In this document: positions 9,621-16,667 of the stretch, piece by piece
How positions within the stretch are numbered: the first letter of the stretch is position 1
Layout of the letters: each line of letters opens with the position of its first letter
From: an uncultured virus (IMG/VR IMGVR_UViG_3300009130_000017)
Lineage: Duplodnaviria > Heunggongvirae > Uroviricota > Caudoviricetes
IMG/VR virus record: IMGVR_UViG_3300009130_000017
Location: 57,130-77,129 of that record
Length of the DNA: 20,000 nt
Reading direction: 5' to 3' (one strand)
Translations under genes and position numbers: made by a program
The notes under the pieces: generated by a model
Database searches by the model: none
Seen by the model: only the letters and a program-made list of their open reading frames with translations
What the model was told of the DNA's origin: nothing

Positions 9621-12600
9621 ATGGCTATTTATGATGACAAGTTATCGGATGTCGTTGACAAACTAGGAAGATACTGGTCTATTGTTTCGAAAGAAGATTT
9701 TATGGCAGTACTGGCTTTTGGTGGCGATGACGCAGTCGGTTCATTTGGTACCTTAGATCTGGATCCAACACCTGAAATGCACAAGGTCATCCGCGCATTC
9801 ACGAATACCACAGAAGGTGGTGTGACGACAATGCAAGCAATGCAAGCGCTGGTTGATGCAATGCAGGGTGCCACCTCCGCGGAAGTTGCTGACATGGTTG
9901 ATTTAGCCAAGGGGTTATACCGAATTGTTGGAGAGCCCGAAGCTTTTGACGTGATTGATATGCCAACGGGTGTTGGGTCACCAACCTGGCCCTCTTTTGT
10001 AGCTTCAACTTTTTCTGCAAAAAAATGCATGAAGATTGACACAGATGGAGAGGGCCAGATTAACGGTGCGTTTGCTTCCCCAACGAAATACACTCCGAAC
10101 GTATCAGCCCTCCAGGTTTTTAATCCTAAATTAACCCCAGCAAAAAGAGACACAGGCGCTGTTGCTCTTTTTATGAATTGCTTACCGACGCTGGAGCTGA
10201 GCAGGTGTCAGCCTTATCTTGACATAACAGTGATATCTCCCAAGAGTGGTGTGGCTGAAGATGGTCGAATTCAGACGATGGGTATGATGCAATTTCTGCT
10301 TGGGTCATCGGCACCTGCAGAGAACACCGCAGATTATTATATGGCAACTGCTCTTGACGGTTCTGCTTTACATGATTTTGAGCAGGCCCAACAAACTCTT
10401 GATGCACAGGCTAATGCCTTACCCGCTTCAGACCCCAATGCTGTCGATCCGGATGCTGAGGAAGTTGAAATCGCAACAGCGGGTATGGAAATGTTTTTAG
10501 CGCCTCAGACAATGGTGCCTGTGATCGGTCATGGACCACAAGCAAGAATGGAAAGATACGAAGACTATGAAGCATTCTCTCAGACCCCAGGTTCAGCTCC
10601 AGAAGACCAGCCACAAACCGGCGGCCGCAGAGGAGCCGGGATAATTGATCCATTCCGTCCTATGATGACGATTGAAGACTTCAGCGTTTCTGTTACTCCT
10701 TCGAAGGGATTCATGTCTCATGAAACAGCTGAGATATCTTTAATCATGCATGATAGATCACGCTTAACTGAGATATCTGAGTTTGTTAAGCCCGATCTTT
10801 ATGGTCATACCGAGCTTTTGATAACCTATGGGTGGTCTCATCCAGATCCGTCTGGACGAACGGTTGGAGGTGAAGAAGCCTCTTCAACCGGTTTACCGGT
10901 TGGGTCAGTCCAGGGAAATTTCTTTGGAACGTTCTTAGACCTTTGTAAAGTTAAGAAAAAATATATGGTTGTGAATAGCTCTTTTTCGTTTGATGATGTC
11001 GGCCAAGTTAAGATAAAACTAAAACTTTCCATGAAGGGCTCCGGAAATATCGACACAGCTAACCTCAGCCAGGGTGAAGGTGTAGATGACATTCTTCAGA
11101 CTTTGAAAGACTTACAAGAAGCGATTAAAGTGATTAAGCAACAGATCATGGAGGACGCTGAAGCAACGGGTGATACACAGTCTGCTAAAGATATGTTTGG
11201 TAGTTCTTTTATGTCCGCCGCCTCAGACACTAGTAAGGCTATGACAGTTGATCAAGAGACAGCTGATGCTATCAAAAAGTTTATTTCTGAAAAAAGAAAT
11301 TCGACAGATCCAGCAGAGGAAGAATTAGCTAGTACCCTCTCTGATATGTTTGGTAGTGACGGTCAGGGCGGTGTAGTTGCTGAAGCAAAAGCGACGATAG
11401 CAGATGCCGTCGCGGGAAAAATTCAGCATCTTGGGAATATGCGCGGCTCTAATAAAGATCCCTTCGCTCGTACGGTCCGTGGCGCGATGGGTAGTACAGC
11501 TTACGTTAATGCTAGATATAATGACAGCAAATTTGTTTCTTTTGGCGCTATGCTGATGTATATGATAGGAAAACCTTTAGCTTCAACACGTCGGTTCGAT
11601 GAGATTCAATTTATCTTTTATCCTGTGAATGATAAAGCAAGTTATCTTTCAAGCTTAACGATTGCAGATATTCCGATCAGAATTGAAGACTTTAAGAAAA
11701 AGTTCGAAGAAGCGACTAAGACATCTGTTAATATGCCATTGGGTCGATTCTTGAATTTTGTGTCTAAAGAGTTTATACAAAACCAAGCATCGTATGTCTA
11801 CGGCTTGTGTGACTTATTTGAGACAGATGAAGAAGGCGAGACTCAAATGAAAGAAGAGTTTAAAGAAGACGCCACGAAATTGAATGACGAAAAAAAGAAG
11901 AGGTTGGAAGACGCGTATGGAGAGGGTGCAGATATAGAATTTAAGATGCCTCGAATTAAGTTTGAAATGCAAGCTGTTCCCTGTAAGCCGGGTACTCACC
12001 CAAATGGAAAGAAGGGTACACTTCTAAGAATACACATATATGACACTGTGTGCACTCCTTACACGGCATTGCATAAAATGATGGGTGCCGCAAGAAGCGA
12101 TTCAATTGGTCTGCTTTCATCCGCAGCAGGAGGAGTGCCTGGAGAAGTTGAGGCAGCGGCAGGTGCTACTGATGGTTGGGACTGTACTCATCAAAGTGAA
12201 TTTGTGGCAGGTCTTATAATGGCAATTGAGGGCGGCCTTCTGGAGGTTGTTCCTCAAGAGATTCTGGATGATGTGAATAATGCTACTGATGCAACTGTAG
12301 ATGCAGTAATGGAAGAATTCTTGACTTCGCACTTTCGCGTGAAAGGAGGGTTTCCAGCGTTAAAAGATTTTTTGATGAAGAGCATGCCATCGATTATTTA
12401 TGGTAGCTCTAATTCAGCAGTGCTAGCAGCAGACCTTTCATCGATGAATGATCCCAAGCTTGCTTCTGTTAATATGATGCGAGGAGGAATGGGTGGAGGT
12501 GACGGTCCCCAGGGATCCCGCGATGCTGGACTACCGCTTCAAACCGCACCGGTACAGCTATCGCTAACAACATACGGATGTCCGCTTATTTCGTATGGTC

Positions 12601-12794
12601 AGCAATTCTTCGTAGACTTTGGGACGGGAACCACGATAGATAATACGTTCGTGGTAACAGGAATCGATCACTCACTTTCTCAAGGGAAATTTGAGACGAA
12701 ATTAAAGATGACGCAGATCGATGCATTTGGTAAGTACATAAGCATGATGGATAGCGTAAAGGGAGCGCTAACTGCGATGACAGATGCTGGATAA
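9621..12794 (+). CDS. Baseplate hub protein (T4 gp27 / P2 gpD-like), 1057 aa
   Basis: N-terminal hub-type motif LLITYGWSH (about 10815-10841) followed by VVNSSFSFDDVGQVKIKLKL. C-terminal LSLTTYGCPLISYGQQFFVDF...FVVTGIDHSLSQGKFETKLKM is typical of gpD/gp27 ends. Follows the LysM gene. Confidence 0.7.
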   Translation: MAIYDDKLSDVVDKLGRYWSIVSKEDFMAVLAFGGDDAVGSFGTLDLDPTPEMHKVIRAFTNTTEGGVTTMQAMQALVDAMQGATSAEVADMVDLAKGLYRIVGEPEAFDVIDMPTGVGSPTWPSFVASTFSAKKCMKIDTDGEGQINGAFASPTKYTPNVSALQVFNPKLTPAKRDTGAVALFMNCLPTLELSRCQPYLDITVISPKSGVAEDGRIQTMGMMQFLLGSSAPAENTADYYMATALDGSALHDFEQAQQTLDAQANALPASDPNAVDPDAEEVEIATAGMEMFLAPQTMVPVIGHGPQARMERYEDYEAFSQTPGSAPEDQPQTGGRRGAGIIDPFRPMMTIEDFSVSVTPSKGFMSHETAEISLIMHDRSRLTEISEFVKPDLYGHTELLITYGWSHPDPSGRTVGGEEASSTGLPVGSVQGNFFGTFLDLCKVKKKYMVVNSSFSFDDVGQVKIKLKLSMKGSGNIDTANLSQGEGVDDILQTLKDLQEAIKVIKQQIMEDAEATGDTQSAKDMFGSSFMSAASDTSKAMTVDQETADAIKKFISEKRNSTDPAEEELASTLSDMFGSDGQGGVVAEAKATIADAVAGKIQHLGNMRGSNKDPFARTVRGAMGSTAYVNARYNDSKFVSFGAMLMYMIGKPLASTRRFDEIQFIFYPVNDKASYLSSLTIADIPIRIEDFKKKFEEATKTSVNMPLGRFLNFVSKEFIQNQASYVYGLCDLFETDEEGETQMKEEFKEDATKLNDEKKKRLEDAYGEGADIEFKMPRIKFEMQAVPCKPGTHPNGKKGTLLRIHIYDTVCTPYTALHKMMGAARSDSIGLLSSAAGGVPGEVEAAAGATDGWDCTHQSEFVAGLIMAIEGGLLEVVPQEILDDVNNATDATVDAVMEEFLTSHFRVKGGFPALKDFLMKSMPSIIYGSSNSAVLAADLSSMNDPKLASVNMMRGGMGGGDGPQGSRDAGLPLQTAPVQLSLTTYGCPLISYGQQFFVDFGTGTTIDNTFVVTGIDHSLSQGKFETKLKMTQIDAFGKYISMMDSVKGALTAMTDAG

Positions 12795-12796
12795 GC

Positions 12797-12825
12797 TTGA
12801 ACATTCTATGCAACTTTATTAAATT
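12797..12825 (+). promoter_or_regulatory. Sigma70-like promoter for the mini-PolA gene
   Basis: TTGAAC (12797-12802), 17-nt spacer, TAAATT (12820-12825). The -35 context CTTGAACA is identical to that of the recA promoter. Confidence 0.5.
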
Positions 12826-12830
12826 GACAC

Positions 12831-14027
12831 ATGCCAATTTTGCTTCATAAGAATTACATCGGCACAGAAAATCACATGATTATAAGCGGTGGACTAATCA
12901 GGTGGACACATGAGATATCGGATAGGTCATATTTTGTGATTGGGTGCCCAGGCCGACCAGACTCTTTGGAGCCTCTATTAAGCTTATATGATATAGATAT
13001 TCCTGATTTTGTACCGAAAAGATTCAGGAAAAGCTTTTCCGACATTAAGGTCCCTCCATCGATACCGTGGCGCTACATCCTCCCTAGAAAAGTATTTAAG
13101 AAGAATTTTAAGAAGTATGTTGAAGAACTTTGCAAAATTGAAGAGTTGTTAACCGAGAGTAATTACCCAAAGTTTTTTATAGATTCAAATGAGCTGTTTA
13201 GTAGCTTGTGTCAATCACGAATCGATACAACACTGACAAGGAAATTATTACAGCACAACGATTCGCATGTCTTAAGAAAGTTATTGTCAGGTTCAGCCAA
13301 CTCTTTTTTGGACGTCCCATTGTATGATCGGGTTTCAACAAAGACTGGACGCTTAACGATCAAAAGTGGCCCGCAGATTTTGACATTGAAAAAAGAATTT
13401 AGGTCTGTCTTTACTCCCGCTTCAAATCGCGGTACTCTTTATGAGATCGATTTTGTTTCTCTAGAGCCCCGAGTTGCCCTTAATCTTGCGAACGTTCATG
13501 CTGCAAGTGACGTATATCTTTCGTTTATAGAGTCTAGTAATATAAAGGTGTCGAGAGACACCGCAAAGTTGGCAGTCTTGTGTTCGTTATATGGAGCTGG
13601 TAATTTGCGTCTTGAACAGCTTCTGAAAAAAGATAAGTCCAAAATAAGCGCCTCATATTTGATGCGCGAAGTGTCAAGCTATTTTAAGTTAGTTGATCTT
13701 AAGCGTGAGTTGAGATATCAGGCAAAATCAGGAATGATCCAGAATTATTTTGGACGCCCTATAGAAATTGATAGTGGAAGAGAAAGTATTCTTGTGAATA
13801 ATTACTTACAATCGACAGCCTCAGACGTCGCAATTGCTGGGTTCAAGGAGTTTACCAAGCGTTTTTCCAGCAAGTGTAAGCCACTATTCGTAATTCACGA
13901 TGCACTAATTATTGATACACCGAATGAGCATTTAGACGAAATCACAAGATATGTAAATACAGGGTACGATGTTTCTGGACTTGGAAATTTCCCGCTTAAG
14001 ATAAAAGAGTTTAACAATCATGAATGA
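12831..14027 (+). CDS. polA: Minimal family-A DNA polymerase (polymerase domain only, 398 aa)
   Basis: TKTGRLT (13338, equivalent to T-x-TGRLS), motif A IDFVSLEPR (D at 13449), motif B RDTAKLAVLCSLYG (13554-13595), NNYLQSTASD (N-x-x-IQG-x-AAD equivalent) and motif C VIHDALI (D at 13899). No ExoI/II/III or 5'-nuclease motifs are seen. Confidence 0.85.
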   Translation: MPILLHKNYIGTENHMIISGGLIRWTHEISDRSYFVIGCPGRPDSLEPLLSLYDIDIPDFVPKRFRKSFSDIKVPPSIPWRYILPRKVFKKNFKKYVEELCKIEELLTESNYPKFFIDSNELFSSLCQSRIDTTLTRKLLQHNDSHVLRKLLSGSANSFLDVPLYDRVSTKTGRLTIKSGPQILTLKKEFRSVFTPASNRGTLYEIDFVSLEPRVALNLANVHAASDVYLSFIESSNIKVSRDTAKLAVLCSLYGAGNLRLEQLLKKDKSKISASYLMREVSSYFKLVDLKRELRYQAKSGMIQNYFGRPIEIDSGRESILVNNYLQSTASDVAIAGFKEFTKRFSSKCKPLFVIHDALIIDTPNEHLDEITRYVNTGYDVSGLGNFPLKIKEFNNHE

Positions 14028-14517
14028 ACAAAAAGTTAGAAGTTATATTAGAACAATTCTAAATGAAGAAGAAAAAAAGGGAAGAGGACACCGCAAAAAA
14101 GGAAAAGCGATAAAGCCTGGTGAAATTGGCTTGTCGGTTGGAAAGGGTGGTTTTACCAAAGTGGTCGCTGAGACTGGCGCCTTGGCGAAAAGAAATCCTG
14201 GCCAGCTTATGAAGAATCTTGGAATTTCTGGTGGCGGAAACGGTCTGGAAGGTGTACGCACTATTTGGAAACAAGCTGTGAAACAAGACACCATGGCTCA
14301 GGCCTACGGAGGTATTGGCGTGGTGACAAAGGGAGATCGGAAAGGATTGTCTATCGGGCTGGGAGAGCTTGATGCTCGAAATGGTGCGAAATTTCTTCAC
14401 CACACTTTAATGGGGGCCATGACCGCCGGTATACTGTCTTCAGACGTGCCGCTTCAAATACAAGTCGATGGTGGTGATGTGATCGTTCACACCGGACCGA
14501 ACAAGGGCGATTGGTAG
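14020..14517 (+). CDS. Hypothetical protein (165 aa, Gly/Lys-rich), possible virion internal protein
   Basis: ORF overlaps the polA end by 8 nt (translational coupling). N-terminus VRSYIRTILNE is followed by the basic patch KKGRGHRKKGK. Function is inferred only. Confidence 0.7.
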   Translation: MNEQKVRSYIRTILNEEEKKGRGHRKKGKAIKPGEIGLSVGKGGFTKVVAETGALAKRNPGQLMKNLGISGGGNGLEGVRTIWKQAVKQDTMAQAYGGIGVVTKGDRKGLSIGLGELDARNGAKFLHHTLMGAMTAGILSSDVPLQIQVDGGDVIVHTGPNKGDW

Positions 14518-14523
14518 TAATTC

Positions 14524-14552
14524 TTGTAAACATTGCTTCTTTCAAATACTAT
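14524..14552 (+). promoter_or_regulatory. Sigma70-like promoter for the 3'-5' exonuclease gene
   Basis: TTGTAA (14524-14529), 17 nt, TACTAT (14547-14552) in an AT-rich intergenic gap. GGAG SD at 14571-14574 before GTG 14580. Confidence 0.55.
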
Positions 14553-14579
14553 TAATTTGATTATATTCTTGGAGAAGCA

Positions 14580-15419
14580 GTGAAGCATTTAGAACTAAAC
14601 GGAAAAGTACTTCTTAATAAATTGGCTAATTTGGATGATCCAGATAGAGAGCCTGAAGATGGAGATGTTGTAGCAGCAGTTATTGATGTTGAAACAACGG
14701 GCTTGAATCATCTGAAGGATGAAATAATTCAGATTGCGATTCGCCCATTCTTTGTGAGTCCAACCACTGGCGAAGTTTCCGGATTGAGAAATACGATCGT
14801 TGCCCTGCAGCAACCGTCAGCTCCTCTACCTAAGATTATTACGCACATAACTGGGTTCACAGATGAAGACCTAGAAGGAAAGAGTATTCCTTGGGATAAG
14901 ATTTCTCGTGTCTTGCAAAAGTGCCAATTTATCATTGCACACAACGCTTCTTTTGACAGAAAATGGATTGATATAGCCCTTCGTAAAAACAATCAACTGG
15001 CGCCTGAGAATGCTATCTGGGGATGTTCTATGACTCAAGTTGATTGGACACCTATCGTACGATGCTCTAAGGCTCTAGAAGTGCTTTGCGCCTGGCATGG
15101 GTATTTTTATGATTCTCACAATGCAGTTGCAGATGTGGATGCCACACTTCATCTTTTGCGAAAGAACAAATATATGCAAGAGCTGTTGCAGAATGCGTCA
15201 GAGCCAGACTATCATGTTTTTGCCGCGAATTCGCTAAGGGAAGAGAATGTAATCTTGAAGCAAGGTCGATACAGGTGGAATCCTGAATTGACATGTTGGT
15301 GGAAGGCTACGAACAGCGAAGAGGAAGCTAAGCGTGAATGCTTGTGGCTAAAGGAGAACCTTTCAAGGGTTGAGCCACAATATTTTGAGATAGATGCATC
15401 ACATCGCTTTTCTGAGTAA
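14580..15419 (+). CDS. DEDDh 3'-5' exonuclease, DnaQ / DNA polymerase III epsilon-like
   Basis: ExoI IDVETTGL...DEIIQIA, ExoII IIAHNASFDRKW, ExoIII HNAVADVDATL. It also has WGCSMTQVDW and a C-terminal LKQGRYRW...WWK extension like the ~290-aa bacterial epsilon-like exonucleases. GTG start with GGAG SD. Confidence 0.9.
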   Translation: MKHLELNGKVLLNKLANLDDPDREPEDGDVVAAVIDVETTGLNHLKDEIIQIAIRPFFVSPTTGEVSGLRNTIVALQQPSAPLPKIITHITGFTDEDLEGKSIPWDKISRVLQKCQFIIAHNASFDRKWIDIALRKNNQLAPENAIWGCSMTQVDWTPIVRCSKALEVLCAWHGYFYDSHNAVADVDATLHLLRKNKYMQELLQNASEPDYHVFAANSLREENVILKQGRYRWNPELTCWWKATNSEEEAKRECLWLKENLSRVEPQYFEIDASHRFSE

Positions 15420-15430
15420 TAATTAAATGT

Positions 15431-15679
15431 ATGGATTTGATCAGAGAATATATACGACTGTTACTCGAGAAAGAAGTCTTGGGCGAGCCTGATGAGAGTG
15501 CAGAAGATGACCGCGAGGCAGAAGATGAAGATCACCATGATGAACAAAGCGCCGGCGGCGTGCCTGGGCCTATGGTTCCTTTAGGGATGGGTCCTTCTGC
15601 CGAAAGAAAGAAGCGAAGAAAAGGTGCTGAAAAAGCAAATGCTTCTGCTTTCGGCGGTGGAAAAGAATATAAAAAATAA
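15431..15679 (+). CDS. Small charged hypothetical protein (82 aa), possible virion internal protein
   Basis: Fills the gap between the exonuclease and SSB genes. N-terminus IREYIRLLLE resembles that of ORF 14020. Acidic middle and basic C-terminal part (ERKKRRKGAEK). Confidence 0.7.
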   Translation: MDLIREYIRLLLEKEVLGEPDESAEDDREAEDEDHHDEQSAGGVPGPMVPLGMGPSAERKKRRKGAEKANASAFGGGKEYKK

Positions 15680-15680
15680 T

Positions 15681-15709
15681 TTGAAAAACTGACTACTAGC
15701 TATTATACT
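15681..15709 (+). promoter_or_regulatory. Sigma70-like promoter for the SSB gene
   Basis: TTGAAA (15681-15686), 17 nt, TATACT (15704-15709), with an A-rich UP-like tract upstream (15661-15680). Confidence 0.7.
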
Positions 15710-15769
15710 ATAAATGTCCTTAGGACAAAAGACAATTGAATATTGCATATTAAACATTTGGAGGTTAAC

Positions 15770-16564
15770 ATGGCAATTAATTTTGATGCGCTTCGTAAGA
15801 AGCTTGGCCAGCTTTCTGGCAATAACTCCCGCCGCAACACAATGTGGCGTCCCCAAGAAGGTGAAGAGAGCGTAGTTCGGCTCATGTCATTCCCAGCGAA
15901 TGATGACGGTCTTCCCTTCGCTGAGCGATGGTTTTACTATAACATCGGAAACAACCCTGGACTTCTTGCGCCATATCAGTTTGGCGATCCCGATCCGATT
16001 CAGGAGCTCATCACAAAGCTTCGTGATGAGGGAACAAAGGAGTCTTATGAGCTTTGTAAGAAGCTTTATCCCAAGGCGCGATATTACGCCCCTGTTATCG
16101 TTCGCGGTGAAGAAGACAAAGGTGTTCGTATTTGGGCTTTTGGCAAAACAGTATATCAGTCTCTTCTCAATATTATGCTTGATGAAGATTACGGCGATAT
16201 CACCGACCCGACAGATGGTCGTGATGTCAAGGTGATTTGTACAAAGGCGCCTGGACGTATGTGGGCAACAACTGAAGTGCGCCCCCGCGGCAAGCAATCA
16301 GCTCTTTGTAGTGATAATAAGCAGGCAGCGACATGGGTTGAAAACATTCCTGATATTAACGATATGTATGAAGCAAAGTCTTATGACGCTTTGACAAAGA
16401 TCGTAAATGATTGGCTTGAAGGCGATGACGCCGAGAGCGATGAGGGTGAAACAACACGCGGCTTCAACGGTACTACTACCACTAGCTCCGCACCAAAGAA
16501 TATCGAGTCTAAGTTCAAGAGCCTTGATGACGCGTTTGCAGACCTTGAAGATGATAGTTTCTAA
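15770..16564 (+). CDS. Single-stranded DNA-binding protein, T4 gp32 family
   Basis: Start is revised from 15743 to ATG 15770 because of GGAGG at 15760-15764. Motifs: WRP...VVRLM.FP, LPFAERWFYY, ARYYAPVIVRGEEDKGVRIWAFGKTVY, DITDPTDGRD, and the acidic tail DDAFADLEDDSF. Confidence 0.88.
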   Translation: MAINFDALRKKLGQLSGNNSRRNTMWRPQEGEESVVRLMSFPANDDGLPFAERWFYYNIGNNPGLLAPYQFGDPDPIQELITKLRDEGTKESYELCKKLYPKARYYAPVIVRGEEDKGVRIWAFGKTVYQSLLNIMLDEDYGDITDPTDGRDVKVICTKAPGRMWATTEVRPRGKQSALCSDNKQAATWVENIPDINDMYEAKSYDALTKIVNDWLEGDDAESDEGETTRGFNGTTTTSSAPKNIESKFKSLDDAFADLEDDSF

Positions 16565-16587
16565 TTAACATCTCTGGTCTTTAACCC

Positions 16588-16618
16588 AAAGGGAGGAAGC
16601 ATTGCTTCCTCCCTTTTT
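16588..16618 (+). terminator. Rho-independent terminator after the SSB gene
   Basis: Perfect hairpin AAAGGGAGGAAGC-ATT-GCTTCCTCCCTTT with a T run at 16614-16618. Confidence 0.9.
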
Positions 16619-16620
16619 AC

Positions 16621-16649
16621 TTGAACACTTCTTATTTCGAGTGTATAAT
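16621..16649 (+). promoter_or_regulatory. Sigma70-like promoter for the recA-exonuclease-helicase unit
   Basis: TTGAAC (16621-16626), 17 nt, consensus TATAAT (16644-16649), immediately after the terminator. GAGG SD at 16657-16660. Confidence 0.8.
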
Positions 16650-16667
16650 CTTTTACGAGGTAATAAC

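Noticed and set aside
1..12794. Bacterial extracellular contractile injection system or tailocin locus
   Set aside because: It is directly linked to phage-type gp32 SSB, gp41 helicase and other replication genes, and the TMP is very long. A phage genome is the simpler explanation.
15709..15716. T4 late promoter (TATAAATA)
   Set aside because: The sequence is TATAAATG, a mismatch, and it overlaps a better sigma70-type promoter.
15743..15769. Longer SSB N-terminus given by the ORF track
   Set aside because: ATG 15770 has a GGAGG SD at suitable spacing; the upstream TTG has no comparable SD.
16602..16667. Longer RecA N-terminus given by the ORF track
   Set aside because: It starts inside the terminator hairpin and spans the promoter. 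ATG 16668 has a proper SD.
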